From an uncultured Gemmatimonadales bacterium (GTDB lineage: Bacteria; Gemmatimonadota; Gemmatimonadetes; Gemmatimonadales; Gemmatimonadaceae), in contig CAWKNZ010000006.1 in NCBI GenBank assembly GCA_963851265.1, forward strand, positions 140,130 through 204,129: a stretch of DNA of 64,000 bases. Reading direction: 5' to 3'. Below are positions 40,149-51,275 of the stretch, piece by piece (position 1 is the stretch's first letter; every line of letters starts with the position of its first letter). Position numbers and translations under genes: made by a program. The notes below the pieces were generated by a model, which did no database searches, was not told where the DNA came from, and saw nothing but the letters and a program-made list of their open reading frames with translations.

Positions 40149-42656
40149 TTAGGCGCTCGGCCGCGCGGGCGCGCGGCGGCAGGCGATGGTGACCGCGCCC
40201 GCGGCGAGGTGCGGCGACGTCGCCTCGACGCGCAGCGCGCCCGGTTCGCGCGCCGCCTGGACGATCGCCGTCCCGAGCCCGTTGAAGGCGCGGCGCGTGG
40301 GGCCTCGGTCGCTCTCGTGGCTGCTCGGGTCGCCGTTGCCGACGCCGAGCAGCCGGCCGGCGCCCGAGGTGCGAAACTCGATCGCGTCGTTCGCGGTGGG
40401 CACCGTGCGCCCCGCGGCGTCGACGACGCGCGCCGTCACCACGGCCACGTCCGCGCCGTCGGCCGCGAGCTCGCCGCGGTCGGCGTCGAGCACGATGCGC
40501 GCGGCCGGCCCGGTCGTCTCGCGGCGCGCGACCAGCGCCTGCGCGCCGCCGCGGAAGCCGCGCGCCTCGATCGCGCCCGGCGCGTACGGCACCTTCCACG
40601 CGGCGTGGCCGTAGCGCGGCACGTCGCGCGCGCCTAACGAGCGGCCGTTCAGGAACAGCTCGACGCGTTCGAGGTTGGTGTGGCACCAGACCTCGACGTC
40701 CTGCCCCTCCTTCCCGGCCCAGTTCCAGTGCGGGAAGAGGTGCAGGACCGGGCGGTCGGTCCACTGCGCCTGGTAGTAGTAGAAGAGGTCCTTCGGATTG
40801 CCGCACGTGTCGAGCACGCCGAAGTGCGAACTGATGCACGGCCACGTGTACGGCGTGGGCTCGCCGCGGTAGTCGAAGCCGGTCCAGATGAACCCGCCCG
40901 CGAGCCACGGCCGCACCGCGAACCGCGAGTACCAGGCCTCGGCGGTCGAGGCCCACCACGGCGCGTTGACGTCGTACGCGCTCACGTAGCCGCGCTCCGG
41001 GTCGTTGGCGTAGATGCCGCGCGTGGTGACCGTGCTCCCCTGTTCGGTGCCCCAGATCGGCAGGGCGGGGTGGGACTGGTGGAACGCGTCGGTCTGCGGC
41101 GCGCGGTAGTTGAAGCCGACCACGTCGAGCGCGGCGGTGATCCCCGTACCCCACCCCTGGTCCATCGCCGCGGTGATGGGCCGGGTCGGGTCGAGGCGGC
41201 GGACCACGCGTTTCATCGACTCGGCCACGCGCAGGCCGAGCGCGGTGCCCTGCGCGGGCTCCTCGTTGGCGATCGACCACGCGATCACGCACGGCCGGTT
41301 GCGATCGCGGCGCAGCATCCGTTCGAGCTGGCTCTCGCCCTCCTCGCCCGACGAGAAGAGGCGCGTCTCGTCGACGACGAGCATCCCGGAGCGGTCGCAC
41401 GCGTCGAGCAGCTCGGGCGCGGGCGGGTTGTGCGCGGTGCGGTAGGCGTTGACGCCCATCTCCTTGAGCCGCTCGACGCGGAAGCGGTGCAGCCGGTCGG
41501 GAAGCGCCGCGCCGACCCCGGCGTGGTCCTGATGGTTACACGTGCCCTTGATCTCGACGCGACGGCCGTTGAGGAAGAACCCCTGTGCCGCGTCGAAGCG
41601 GATCGTGCGGACGCCGAACGTCGTGTCGTAGCGGTCGACCGTCGTGCCGTCGACCTCGATCGTGGTGACCAGGGTGTAGAGGTGGGGCACGTCGGGCGAC
41701 CAGAGCGCGGGCGACGCGACGCGCAGGCGCTGCTCCCGGTCGGCCCGATCCCACGCGGGTACTGGCACCGCGTCGAGGGCCGAGCTGGCGACGGTGCGCC
41801 CGGCCGCGTCGAGCACGGTCGAGACGACGCGGCACGTGGCGGGCGCGTCGGCCTCGTTCGCCACCTCGGTCACGACGCGCACGACCGCGTCGCCGCCCGC
41901 GAGTTCGCTCGTGACGTAGGTGCCCCACTGCGGCACGTGTAGCGGCGCGGTCTTCACGAGCCACACGTGGCGGTAGATGCCCGCGCCCTCGTAGAACCAC
42001 CCTTCGTGCTCGCTCGCGTCGACGCGCACGACGAGGACGTTGCTACCGCCGACGTTCGCGACGTCGGTGACGTCGTAGCGGAAGGGTGCGTAGCCGCTGA
42101 GGTTGCGGCCGAGCAGGTGCCCGTTGAGCACGACCGTGGCGTCGCGGAACACGCCGTCGAATTCGAGCGAGAGTCGGCGTCCGGCGTCGGCCGCCGGGAG
42201 CGCGAACACCTTGCGGTACCACCCGATGCTCGTGTCGGGGTACTCGCGGTAGAGCGGCTTGAACCCCCAGTTGACGAGGCGCGGGTCGTCGACGAACGGA
42301 AGATCGACGGCCCAGTCGTGGGGGAGGTCCACGGCACGCCAGGCGGCATCGTCGAACTGGGCGCTCGACGGGGCGAACAGCGTGCCCGCCTTCGCGAACC
42401 CCGGGTCGGTGGCTGCGCCGAAGCCCATGGCGGGGTCGGCCCCACGGCCGAGCGAAAAGCGCCAGCCGGCGTCGAGGCACAGGCGCTCGCGCGGCGCGCC
42501 TGGCGGTGCCAGCGACGCAACGTCGGCGGGCGCGACGTCGGCCAACGCCCCGTCGGTGGGCGCAGCCAGCGCCTGCAGCATCGCGGGCCGGAGCGCGGTC
42601 GCGCCGGCGGCCGCGATCCCGCTCGTCAACACTTCCCGCCGCGTCCAGTTGCGCAT
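40149..42656 (-). CDS. GH2 beta-galactosidase (GalA-like), Tat-exported
   Basis: Tat signal MRNWTRREVL, LPHDW, GWFYEGAGIYRHV, KGTCNHQD, WSIANE and WTGFDYRGEPTP. Confidence 0.9.
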   Translation of the reverse strand: MRNWTRREVLTSGIAAAGATALRPAMLQALAAPTDGALADVAPADVASLAPPGAPRERLCLDAGWRFSLGRGADPAMGFGAATDPGFAKAGTLFAPSSAQFDDAAWRAVDLPHDWAVDLPFVDDPRLVNWGFKPLYREYPDTSIGWYRKVFALPAADAGRRLSLEFDGVFRDATVVLNGHLLGRNLSGYAPFRYDVTDVANVGGSNVLVVRVDASEHEGWFYEGAGIYRHVWLVKTAPLHVPQWGTYVTSELAGGDAVVRVVTEVANEADAPATCRVVSTVLDAAGRTVASSALDAVPVPAWDRADREQRLRVASPALWSPDVPHLYTLVTTIEVDGTTVDRYDTTFGVRTIRFDAAQGFFLNGRRVEIKGTCNHQDHAGVGAALPDRLHRFRVERLKEMGVNAYRTAHNPPAPELLDACDRSGMLVVDETRLFSSGEEGESQLERMLRRDRNRPCVIAWSIANEEPAQGTALGLRVAESMKRVVRRLDPTRPITAAMDQGWGTGITAALDVVGFNYRAPQTDAFHQSHPALPIWGTEQGSTVTTRGIYANDPERGYVSAYDVNAPWWASTAEAWYSRFAVRPWLAGGFIWTGFDYRGEPTPYTWPCISSHFGVLDTCGNPKDLFYYYQAQWTDRPVLHLFPHWNWAGKEGQDVEVWCHTNLERVELFLNGRSLGARDVPRYGHAAWKVPYAPGAIEARGFRGGAQALVARRETTGPAARIVLDADRGELAADGADVAVVTARVVDAAGRTVPTANDAIEFRTSGAGRLLGVGNGDPSSHESDRGPTRRAFNGLGTAIVQAAREPGALRVEATSPHLAAGAVTIACRRAPARPSA

Positions 42657-42766
42657 CAGATGCTGTGAGTGCACCAAAGAATCGCCACCGTTCGCGATGC
42701 GCCGGACGACGGTGGCAGGCCCGAATGCACGTGCGGCGCGAACCGGCTGAACGCCGCCGAACGCTA

Positions 42767-42870
42767 CCGAACGGTTTCGGAACCAGGTAATTGTGGTACC
42801 AATCGTGCCGCGCCGCGACTGACGTGTCAAGTCGGAATCCGGCGAATCCGCCCGTCGGCGCGCTTAGAAT
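42767..42870. promoter_or_regulatory. Divergent promoter region with candidate operators
   Basis: Minus-strand TTGACA (42825-42830) N17 CACGAT. Quasi-palindromes CCGAACGGTTTCGG (42767-42780) and ATTGTGGTACCAAT (42790-42803). Plus-strand TAGAAT (42865-42870) is 7 nt before ATG 42878. Confidence 0.45.
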
Positions 42871-42877
42871 CCACTCA

Positions 42878-45553
42878 ATGCTCAAACCTGACATGCGCGC
42901 TCTACAGGTAGGGCTCGCCGCGATCCTGGGCTGTAGTGCGCTCGCGGGCGCGGGGGCGCAACCGGCGAACGTGCGCGGCGCCGCCGCGCGTGCGGACGCT
43001 CCGGGGGCGGCAACTCGCGCCGCGTACGTCGACGCCGCCGGCGTGATCCGCTGGCGCGACACGCGCGACGAGGTCGCCCTCTTCGGCGCGAACTACACGC
43101 TGCCGTCGGCCTCCGACTACCGCGCCGCGGGCTACCTCGGACTGGACCGTAAGCGCCAGATCGACGCCGACCTCGGGCAGTTCGCGCGCATGGGGTGGGA
43201 CGCGATCCGCCTGTCGTTCTGGGGCGACTGGGAAAACTCGGACTCCGCCGGCAACCTCGTCGCCAACGATCACCTCGACCTGCAGGACTACCTGATCGCG
43301 AAGGCGCACGAGCGCGGCATCTACATGCTCCTGAGCCCGATCGTGACGTACGAGGCCACGTGGCCGGACGCGCTCGCCGACACGCGGCGGCAGCCGGGGT
43401 TCAGCAACCACTTCGCGAAGTGCGAGTTAGGCACGAGCCCCGCCGCGATCGCCGCGCAGGCCAACTACCTGCGGCAGGTGCTGAACCACGTCAACCCGTA
43501 CACCGGCGTGGCGCTCAAGGACGAGCCGGCGATCCCGTTCGTCGAGATGATCAACGAGCCCTGCCACCACGCGGACGACCCCGCGCGCTCGGTGCGCTAC
43601 ATCGACGCGCTCGTCGCGGCGGTGCGCGGCACGGGTTCGAAGCAGATCCTCTTCCACAACGTCAGCCAGGACTTCGCGATCGCCGAGCCGATCCGGCGGT
43701 CGGCCGTGCAGGGCGCGACGTTCGGCTGGTACCCCACGGGGCTCAACTCGGGGCACGAGTTGCAGGGCCAGTACCTGCGCACCGTCGACGACTACGGGCC
43801 GATGCGCACGCCCGCGCTGGCCGGCCGGCCGCGCATCGTCTACGAGTTCGACTCGCCCGACCTGCGCACCGGCTACATGTATCCCGCGATGGCGCGGACC
43901 TTCCGCTCGGTGGGCGCGCAGTTCGCGGCGATGTTCGCCTACGACATGCTGGGGACGGCGTCGCGCAACCTCGGCTGGCAGACGCACTACCTCAACCTCG
44001 TCTACACGCCGCGCAAGGCGATGAGCGCGGTGGTCGCGGCCGAAGTCATGCGGCGGCTGCCGCGCGGCCAGCGTTACGGCGCGTACCCGGCCAACACGCG
44101 CTTCGGCGATTTCCGCGTCAGCGCCGACGAGAACCTCGGCGAGCTCGTCGCGCCCGACGCGTTCATCTACGCGGGGTCGACGCGCAGCGTCCCGCCGCGG
44201 CCGGCCGCGCTGCGGCGCGTGGCGGGTTACGGTTCGTCGCCGGTCGTCACTTATGAGGGCGAGGGGGTCTACTTCCTCGACAAGGTGCGCGACGGTCTGT
44301 GGCGGCTCGAGGTGTACCCCGACGCGGTGCCCGTGCGCGACCCGTTCGAGCTGCCGAGTCGCGACAAGGTGGTCACGCGGGCACTGGACGCGGCACGGCC
44401 GATGACGGTCGCGCTCCCCGACCTCGGGCCGGCCTTCACGGTCCAGTCGGTTCCCGACGGGGCGGCGCCGGGGTCGTCGGCGACCGCCGCGGCGGGCCGG
44501 TTCGACGTGAGGCCCGGCGTCTACGTACTGAGCGCCCGCGGGCCCGTCACCCGTGCCGCGCTGCCGGCGACGCTCGGGCGCCTGCGGTTCGACGAGTACC
44601 ACGCCCCTCCGCGCGACACCGTCCCGCTCCGCGTGACGATGCTCACCGCGGGCGACCACGTCGCGGGCCGCCCGGCGACGGTGGTCGCCGGCGTCGTGGA
44701 CACCGCCGCGCCCGGCCGCGTCGTGCTCTGGATGCGCCGGGCCGCGTCCGGCGGGTTCCGCCCATTCCCGATGGCGCCGTCGCGCCCGTACGAGTACGCC
44801 GCGCGCCTGCCGCCCGACGCGCTACGCGAGGGCGCGTACGAGTACGTCGTCAGCGTCACGCGCGGCGACTCGGTCACCACGTTCCCCGAGGGGCTGCACC
44901 GTCAGCCCGGGGACTACGACTTCGACGGCCAGCAGTTCTGGACGACCACCGTCGTCGCGCCTAACACCCCGCTGCGGTTGTTCGAGCCCGCGGGCGACGC
45001 CGGGCGCCTGGCGTTCACGCGCGTCGGCGACGGCGGGCGCGAGGGGCTCTTCCGCGTCGTGCCGTCGTCGGCCACCGGCGCACCCGCGTTCCACCTCGAG
45101 CTGCCGGTCGTGCGCGGGCGCGGCCTCGACGACTACACCGCGTCGCTCGTCGTGCAGGACCGGATCACGCCGCGCGCGGACGACCTCGCGCGGGCCGACC
45201 GCCTCACGCTGCGCGCGCGCGGGCTCGTACCGGCGCAGCTGGTGCACGTCACCCTCGTCGAGCACGACGGCACGAGTTGGGGCGCCGCCGTTCGGCTCGA
45301 CACGGCGTGGGGTGAGCACACCGTGCGGATCGCGGACCTCGCGCCGGTGCGCAGCGCGATGCTGCCCGAAGCCTTCCCGGGCGAGTGGAGCTACTGGGTG
45401 GGCCCGGCGGCCGGCCGAGGCGTGACCGGTGACCGCCCCCGACTCGCGAACGTCGAGCGGCTGCAGCTCTCGTTGCGCGGAGCGGACGCGCTCTCGCCCG
45501 TTTCAGGCGCGGCGGGCGTCGAAGTTGAATCGGTGACACTCACCTTCCCGTGA
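42878..45553 (+). CDS. Secreted clan GH-A glycoside hydrolase (GH5-like, possibly GH147-type beta-galactosidase) with extra C-terminal domains
   Basis: Signal peptide, FGANYTLP, NHVNPYTG, INEP (acid/base-like), YEFD (nucleophile-like) and FAYD. The family assignment is from recall only. Confidence 0.65.
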   Translation: MLKPDMRALQVGLAAILGCSALAGAGAQPANVRGAAARADAPGAATRAAYVDAAGVIRWRDTRDEVALFGANYTLPSASDYRAAGYLGLDRKRQIDADLGQFARMGWDAIRLSFWGDWENSDSAGNLVANDHLDLQDYLIAKAHERGIYMLLSPIVTYEATWPDALADTRRQPGFSNHFAKCELGTSPAAIAAQANYLRQVLNHVNPYTGVALKDEPAIPFVEMINEPCHHADDPARSVRYIDALVAAVRGTGSKQILFHNVSQDFAIAEPIRRSAVQGATFGWYPTGLNSGHELQGQYLRTVDDYGPMRTPALAGRPRIVYEFDSPDLRTGYMYPAMARTFRSVGAQFAAMFAYDMLGTASRNLGWQTHYLNLVYTPRKAMSAVVAAEVMRRLPRGQRYGAYPANTRFGDFRVSADENLGELVAPDAFIYAGSTRSVPPRPAALRRVAGYGSSPVVTYEGEGVYFLDKVRDGLWRLEVYPDAVPVRDPFELPSRDKVVTRALDAARPMTVALPDLGPAFTVQSVPDGAAPGSSATAAAGRFDVRPGVYVLSARGPVTRAALPATLGRLRFDEYHAPPRDTVPLRVTMLTAGDHVAGRPATVVAGVVDTAAPGRVVLWMRRAASGGFRPFPMAPSRPYEYAARLPPDALREGAYEYVVSVTRGDSVTTFPEGLHRQPGDYDFDGQQFWTTTVVAPNTPLRLFEPAGDAGRLAFTRVGDGGREGLFRVVPSSATGAPAFHLELPVVRGRGLDDYTASLVVQDRITPRADDLARADRLTLRARGLVPAQLVHVTLVEHDGTSWGAAVRLDTAWGEHTVRIADLAPVRSAMLPEAFPGEWSYWVGPAAGRGVTGDRPRLANVERLQLSLRGADALSPVSGAAGVEVESVTLTFP

Positions 45554-46545
45554 CCTCCATCCGACCCATGCCCGCGTCCGACCGCTACGACCAGATTCCC
45601 TACCGCCGCTGCGGCCGCAGCGGCCTCCTGCTGCCGGCCATCTCGCTCGGCCTGTGGCACAACTTCGGAACCGTCGACGTCTACGAAACGGGGCGGGCGA
45701 TCATCCTCCGCGCGTTCGACCTCGGCGTCACGCACTTCGACCTCGCCAACAACTACGGGCCGGTCCCCGGCTCGGCGGAGGAGACGTTCGGGCGCGTACT
45801 GTCGCGCGACCTCGCGGGCTACCGCGACGAGCTGATCATCTCGTCGAAGGCCGGCTACCGCATGTGGCCGGGCCCGTACGGCGAATGGGGGTCGCGCAAG
45901 TACCTGCTCGCGAGTCTCGACCAGAGTCTCGCGCGCATGGGGCTCGACTACGTCGACATCTTCTACTCGCACCGCCCCGACCCCGACACGCCGGTCGAGG
46001 AGACGATCCTCGCGCTCGACCAGGCCGTGCGGCAGGGGAAGGCGCTCTACGCGGGGCTCTCCAACTACAGCGCCGAGCAGACGCGCGCCGCGGTCGCGGT
46101 CGCGCGCGAGGTGCGACTCCCGCTCGTCATCCACCAGCCGAAGTACAGCATGTTCGAGCGCACGCCCGAGCAGGGGCTACTCGACGTGCTGACCGAGGAG
46201 GGGATCGGGGCGATCGCGTTCTCGCCGCTCGCGCAGGGGCTGCTGACGGACCGCTATCTCCGCGACATCCCGGCCGACTCGCGTGCGGCCAAGGATCACG
46301 GGTTCCTGCAGGCCGCCGCGATCACGGACGAGCGGCGGGCGCAGATCCGGGCGCTCGGCGAGATCGCAGCGGGGCGGGGGCAGACGCTCGCGCAACTGGC
46401 GCTCGCCTGGGTGCTCCGGAAGCCGGCCGTGACGTCGGCGCTGATCGGGGCGAGCCGGGTGGAGCAGCTGGAGCAGAATCTTGCGGCGTTGCGGAATCTG
46501 ACGTTAGGCGACGACGAGCAGGCGGCGATCGAGCGGCTGCTCTGA
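45550..46545 (+). CDS. mgrA: Aldo/keto reductase, L-glyceraldehyde 3-phosphate reductase (YghZ/Gpr/MgrA-like)
   Basis: YRRCGRSGLLLPAISLGLWHNFG, FDLANNYGP, SKAGYRMWPGPYGEWGSRKY, IHQPKYSM and FSPLAQG. Confidence 0.9.
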   Translation: MTSIRPMPASDRYDQIPYRRCGRSGLLLPAISLGLWHNFGTVDVYETGRAIILRAFDLGVTHFDLANNYGPVPGSAEETFGRVLSRDLAGYRDELIISSKAGYRMWPGPYGEWGSRKYLLASLDQSLARMGLDYVDIFYSHRPDPDTPVEETILALDQAVRQGKALYAGLSNYSAEQTRAAVAVAREVRLPLVIHQPKYSMFERTPEQGLLDVLTEEGIGAIAFSPLAQGLLTDRYLRDIPADSRAAKDHGFLQAAAITDERRAQIRALGEIAAGRGQTLAQLALAWVLRKPAVTSALIGASRVEQLEQNLAALRNLTLGDDEQAAIERLL

Positions 46546-46550
46546 TGAAA

Positions 46551-46592
46551 GGGCGGCGGGGTGGGCCGGCGCGCCGGCCCACCCCGCCGCCC
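46551..46592. terminator. Perfect 42-bp palindrome, probable bidirectional terminator
   Basis: GGGCGGCGGGGTGGGCCGGC-GC-GCCGGCCCACCCCGCCGCCC lies between the convergent AKR and phoU genes. The AAA at 46548-46550 gives a short U-tract on the minus strand. Confidence 0.75.
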
Positions 46593-46598
46593 CCACGC

Positions 46599-47375
46599 TC
46601 ACCGCGTCCGCCGAATCCCCCTCGACGGCCACTGCTCCACGTGATGCTTGATCTGCTTCCCCTCGGCGAGATACACCGCATCCTCGCCGATATTGGTCGC
46701 CAGATCCGCCACGCGCTCCAGATTGCGGCTCACGAGCAGGTGCTCGAGTGACGCGTTGATGGTGCGCGGGTCGCTCATCATGTGCGTGATGAGGATGCGG
46801 AACACCGACTCGTGCAGCGAGTCGACCTGGTCGTCGCGCCCGCAGACGTCGCGGCCGAGCGCGCCGTCGCCGCGCGTGAACGCGGTGATCGAGTCGCTCA
46901 GCATCTCGCGCGCGCGCTCCGCCATGTCCGAGATCTCGGGCGTCGGCAGGAGACCGGAGCGGTTCGCGGTGAGGCGGAGCGTGGACTGCGCGATGTTGAC
47001 GGCGTGATCGCCCACGCGCTCGAGGTCGCTCGACACCTTGATGGCACCGATGACGAAGCGCAGGTCGCGCGCGAGCGGCTGCTGCAGCGCGAGGAGCGAG
47101 ATGGCGAGCTGCTCGACGACGAGTTCGAGCTGGTCGAGCTCGTCGTCGTTGGCGATCACGGCCTGCGCGAGGCCCTCGTCCTCCTGGAGCAGCGCGTTGA
47201 CGCTCAACTCCACGAGGGCCTCGGCTTTATGCGCCATCTCGAGCAGCCGCTGCTTCAGCGTCTCGAGATCTTCGTGAAAGTGCCGGTACCCCGAGGCCGA
47301 CGCGGCCGACGTGGGGGCGGCCGGCCGTGCGGGGGTCGGCTCCCCGTCGGTGGGGGCGACGATCGGTGCGGTCAT
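46599..47375 (-). CDS. phoU: Phosphate signalling complex protein PhoU
   Basis: [23 protein letters not shown] and [19 protein letters not shown] overlap with pstB. Confidence 0.95.
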   Translation of the reverse strand: MTAPIVAPTDGEPTPARPAAPTSAASASGYRHFHEDLETLKQRLLEMAHKAEALVELSVNALLQEDEGLAQAVIANDDELDQLELVVEQLAISLLALQQPLARDLRFVIGAIKVSSDLERVGDHAVNIAQSTLRLTANRSGLLPTPEISDMAERAREMLSDSITAFTRGDGALGRDVCGRDDQVDSLHESVFRILITHMMSDPRTINASLEHLLVSRNLERVADLATNIGEDAVYLAEGKQIKHHVEQWPSRGIRRTR

Positions 47376-48202
47376 CCGAACCTCCCGGTGATGTACGCTT
47401 CCGTGCGGTCCTCGCGCGGACTCGTGAAGATGCGATCCGTCTCGCCGACTTCGACGAGGCGGCCGAGGTAGAAGAACGCCGTGTGATCCGAAATGCGCGC
47501 CGCCTGCTGCAGGTTGTGCGTGACGATGACGACGGTCAACTCGCGCTTCAGCTCGTACAGCAGTTCCTCGATCTTCTGCGTCGCGATCGGGTCGAGCGCC
47601 GAGGCCGGCTCGTCGAGCAGGAGCACCTCGGGTTCGTTGGCCAGCGCGCGCGCGATGCAGAGGCGCTGCTGCTGGCCTCCGGAGAGACTCAACGCGCTCG
47701 AGTCGAGGCGGTCCTTGACCTCGTCCCACAGCGCGGCGCGGCGGAGCGAGCTCTCGACGATTCCGTCGAGCGCACGGCGCTGGCGCGTGCCGTTGACGCG
47801 CGGGCCGTACGCGACGTTGTCGTAGATCGAGCGCGGGAAGGGGTTCCAGCGCTGGAACACCATCCCCACGCGCTGCCGGAGCGCCGTGAGGTCGTAATTG
47901 CGGTCGTAGACGTCGGTCCCGTCGAGTTCGAGCGCTCCCGTGTGCCGCACGCCCGGCAGCAGCGCGTTGAGCCGGTTGATGGAGCGCAGGAACGTCGACT
48001 TGCCGCACCCGGACGGCCCGATGAACGCCGTGACCGCGTGGGCCGGAATGCCGAGGTCGATGTCGAACAGGGCCTGCTTGGGGCCGTACCAGAACGAGAA
48101 CTTGCGCGCGGTGATCGTTCCGTGGCCGGTCGCGTCGCCAGCCGACGGCGCGCCGGTCGTCGGCACCGCGGCCCGAGCCGGCGGCTGCGGCGCGACCGTC
48201 AC
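47372..48202 (-). CDS. pstB: Phosphate ABC transporter ATP-binding protein (copy 2)
   Basis: [45 protein letters not shown] and [13 protein letters not shown] start overlaps the upstream stop. Confidence 0.95.
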   Translation of the reverse strand: MTVAPQPPARAAVPTTGAPSAGDATGHGTITARKFSFWYGPKQALFDIDLGIPAHAVTAFIGPSGCGKSTFLRSINRLNALLPGVRHTGALELDGTDVYDRNYDLTALRQRVGMVFQRWNPFPRSIYDNVAYGPRVNGTRQRRALDGIVESSLRRAALWDEVKDRLDSSALSLSGGQQQRLCIARALANEPEVLLLDEPASALDPIATQKIEELLYELKRELTVVIVTHNLQQAARISDHTAFFYLGRLVEVGETDRIFTSPREDRTEAYITGRFG

Positions 48203-49152
48203 CCGAACCGCCCGGTGATGTACGCTTCCGTGCGGTGGTCGGCCGGCGTGGTGAACAGGGTGCGGGTGTCCGACACCTCGACCAGTTGGCCCGCGAGCAT
48301 GAACGCGGTACGGTCCGAGACGCGTGCCGCCTGCTGCATGCTGTGTGTGACGATGGCGACCGTGATCTCGCGCTTCAGCTCGTGCACCAGCTCCTCGACG
48401 CGCTGCGTGCTGATCGGGTCGAGCGACGCGGTGGGCTCGTCGAGCAGGAGCACCTCGGGTTCGTTGGCGAGCGCGCGCGCGATGCAGAGGCGCTGCTGCT
48501 GCCCGCCCGAGAGGCCGACCGCGCTCGCGCCGAGGCGGTCCTTGACCTCGTCCCACAGTGCGGCGCGGCGCAGCGCGCGCTCGACGATTGCGCCGTGTTC
48601 GGCGCGCTTCGGCTGGTCGCTCCCCATCGTGCGCAGCCCGGCGAGCACGTTCTCGCGGATCGACATCGTAGGGAACGGCGTCGGGCGCTGGAACACCATG
48701 CCGACGAGGCGGCGTACCGAGACCGGGTTCGCACCGCGCGCGTAGATGTCGTGGCCGTCGAGGCGCACCGACCCGCCGACGCGCGCGCCGGGCGCGGTCT
48801 CGTGCATCCGGTTGAAGCAGCGCAGGAGCGTCGACTTGCCGCACCCGGACGGCCCGATGATCGCGGTCACCTCGTGCTCGGTGAACTCGAGCGACACCTG
48901 CTTCACGGCGTGCGTCGCGCCGAAGTACGCGTCGAGGCGGTCGGCGGCGAGCCGCGTGCGCCGCGGCGGCGCGGCCTGCCGCGCGGCGACGGCCGCCTCG
49001 TCCTGTTCGGGGAGCGCGACCGCTGCGCCGAGCGAGCGGTCCGCGCGCGCGGCCGTGGTCGGAATCGGGCGCTCCTGGTCGGTGAGGGTCGTGCCGGGCG
49101 CCGTCGCCGGCGCGCGGGGAACCGTGACGGGCACTTCGATGGCCGGGGTCAT
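48199..49152 (-). CDS. pstB: Phosphate ABC transporter ATP-binding protein (copy 1)
   Basis: [43 protein letters not shown] and [10 protein letters not shown]. Low-complexity N-terminal extension. Confidence 0.95.
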   Translation of the reverse strand: MTPAIEVPVTVPRAPATAPGTTLTDQERPIPTTAARADRSLGAAVALPEQDEAAVAARQAAPPRRTRLAADRLDAYFGATHAVKQVSLEFTEHEVTAIIGPSGCGKSTLLRCFNRMHETAPGARVGGSVRLDGHDIYARGANPVSVRRLVGMVFQRPTPFPTMSIRENVLAGLRTMGSDQPKRAEHGAIVERALRRAALWDEVKDRLGASAVGLSGGQQQRLCIARALANEPEVLLLDEPTASLDPISTQRVEELVHELKREITVAIVTHSMQQAARVSDRTAFMLAGQLVEVSDTRTLFTTPADHRTEAYITGRFG

Positions 49153-49157
49153 GGAGG

Positions 49158-50072
49158 TCAGTCGCCGCCAGCGCCGTAGCGCGTGCGCGTCGCGTAGCGG
49201 GCCGCGACACTGAGAACGAAGATCAGGAGCAGCAGCACGAGCGCGCCCGCCCACGCCTGCGCGTGCCATTCGTCGTACGGACTGATGGCGTAGTTGAAGA
49301 TCTGCAGCGGCATGGCCGCGATCGGCTGCGTGGGCGAGAACGACCAGAACTGGTTGCCGAGCGCGGTGAAGAGTAGCGGCGCGGTCTCGCCCGCGATGCG
49401 CGCGACGGCGACCAGGGCGCCCGTCGCGATGCCGGGGAGCGCGGTGCGCAGCACGATGGTCAGCGACGTGCGCCACCGCGGGTACCCGAGCGCCAGCGCG
49501 GCCTCGCGCAGGGCGTTGGGCACGGTGCGGATCAGCTCCTCGGTGGTGCGGGTGAGGAGCGGGATCATCATCACGCCCAACGCAACGCCGCCGGCGAGCG
49601 CCGAGAAGTGGTGCACGGGCCGGACGAGCAGGGCCCAGGCGAAGATGCCGATCACGATCGACGGCATGCCGTTGAGCACGTCCGACAGGAAGCGGACGGC
49701 CGTGGCGAGCGGGCCGCCGCGGAACTCGGCCAGGTAGATGCCCGCGCCGATGCCGACGGGGAGGCCGATCACGCACGCCATCCCGACCAGCACGAGCGTG
49801 CCGACGATGGCGTTCCCCATCCCGCCGCCGGCGTCGCCCACGGGGGCGGGGCCGTGCGTGAAGAAGTTCAGGTTGATGGAGCTGAACCCGACCTTGAACA
49901 GGTAGAACAGGATGAACAGCAGCGGCAGCACGGCCACCACCGCGGCGGCGCCGAGCAGGCCCAGCATGATCGCGTTGACGACCGTGCGGCGGTGCTTGAG
50001 GGCCGCACTCCCGCGCGCGCGCGGCGGGACGGGGCGCGGGGCCGACGGGACGGGCAGGGCGGCCGTCGTCAC
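49158..50072 (-). CDS. pstA: Phosphate ABC transporter permease PstA
   Basis: [26 protein letters not shown] and [15 protein letters not shown] start overlaps the pstC stop. Confidence 0.95.
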   Translation of the reverse strand: MTTAALPVPSAPRPVPPRARGSAALKHRRTVVNAIMLGLLGAAAVVAVLPLLFILFYLFKVGFSSINLNFFTHGPAPVGDAGGGMGNAIVGTLVLVGMACVIGLPVGIGAGIYLAEFRGGPLATAVRFLSDVLNGMPSIVIGIFAWALLVRPVHHFSALAGGVALGVMMIPLLTRTTEELIRTVPNALREAALALGYPRWRTSLTIVLRTALPGIATGALVAVARIAGETAPLLFTALGNQFWSFSPTQPIAAMPLQIFNYAISPYDEWHAQAWAGALVLLLLIFVLSVAARYATRTRYGAGGD

Positions 50073-51172
50073 GCGGCGCTCCCCGGGCTGCGCGAGACGC
50101 GCCAGACGAGCCACCGCGCGATCGCGTTGACGAGGAGCGTGATCGCGAAGAGCACCACGCCGACGGCCATGAGGGCGGAGAGGTGGATGTCGCTCGACGC
50201 CTCGGAGAACTCGTTCGCGATGAGCGAGGCCATGGTATAGCCGGGCTTGAAGAGCGACGCCGCGATGTCCTGCCGGTTGCCGATCACCATCGTCACGGCC
50301 ATCGTCTCGCCGAGCGCGCGACCGAGGCCGAGGATGATGCCGCCGATGATGCCCGACTTGGCGTACGGGATGACTGCGCCGCGGATGGTCTCCCACCGCG
50401 TCGCGCCCAACGCGAGCGCGGCCTCGCGCTGCGAGCGCGGCACGACGAGCAGCACCTCGCGCGAGACCGACGAGATGTAGGGCAGCACCATGATCGCGAG
50501 GATCACCCCCGCGGCGAAGACGCTCGGGCCGTACGGCGCGCCGCTGAAGAGCGGGAAACTGCCGAGGTGCAGGTCGCGTTGAATGAAGGGCATGACGTGC
50601 TCGCGGAGCAGCGGAATGAGCACGAACACGCCCCAGAGCCCGTACACGACGCTCGGCACCGCGGCGAGCAGGTCGACGAGGAAGCCGAGCGGCGCGCGCA
50701 GCCAGCCGGGCGCGAGCTCCGAGATGAACACCGCGACGCCCAGGGCGAGGGGCGTCGCGAGCAGGAGCGCGAGGATGGAGGTGACGATCGTGCCGAAGAT
50801 CGCCGGCCCGGCGCCGAACTGCCCCTGCACCGGGTCCCAGTCGGTCGAGACGAGGAAGTGCGGGCCGAACTGCCGCAGCGCCGGCCACCCCGCCGACACC
50901 ACCTCGATCGCGAGCAGGAGCAGCAGGACGGGGATGCAGGCGGCGAAGAAGGTCACCGTCCAGCGGTAGATCGAGTCGCCGACTGCGCGGCCGGCCAACT
51001 GCTCGGCGGCGACCGGCTCGGCGGGACCGTCGGCGACCGGCGGAACGCTCGGCGGCGGCGCCCCGGCCGGAGGCGGAGCCGGCGGGGGCAACGGGGCCCG
51101 AACCGGGGCCGTACTCACAGACGTCGCCAGGGTCGCCGCAGCCGCGTCGGACGGGAGGGTCAGGTCAGACAT
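50069..51172 (-). CDS. pstC: Phosphate ABC transporter permease PstC
   Basis: [34 protein letters not shown] and IANEFSEA. Pro-rich N-terminus. Confidence 0.95.
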   Translation of the reverse strand: MSDLTLPSDAAAATLATSVSTAPVRAPLPPPAPPPAGAPPPSVPPVADGPAEPVAAEQLAGRAVGDSIYRWTVTFFAACIPVLLLLLAIEVVSAGWPALRQFGPHFLVSTDWDPVQGQFGAGPAIFGTIVTSILALLLATPLALGVAVFISELAPGWLRAPLGFLVDLLAAVPSVVYGLWGVFVLIPLLREHVMPFIQRDLHLGSFPLFSGAPYGPSVFAAGVILAIMVLPYISSVSREVLLVVPRSQREAALALGATRWETIRGAVIPYAKSGIIGGIILGLGRALGETMAVTMVIGNRQDIAASLFKPGYTMASLIANEFSEASSDIHLSALMAVGVVLFAITLLVNAIARWLVWRVSRSPGSAA

Positions 51173-51234
51173 AGGAGGCGGGCGGAAACCTAGGCGTGCC
51201 GGTCAAGAGGGGAGAGGCGAGCCGACCGGGGCGT

Positions 51235-51251
51235 TGTAACGACGTGGTCAC
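51235..51251. promoter_or_regulatory. Candidate Pho box upstream of pstC
   Basis: TGTAACGACGTGGTCAC has GT(A/C)AC half-sites 11 bp apart, the same pattern as at 55376 and 54092. Confidence 0.55.
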
Positions 51252-51275
51252 AGGCCCCGGGGCTGCGCGTCCCGG

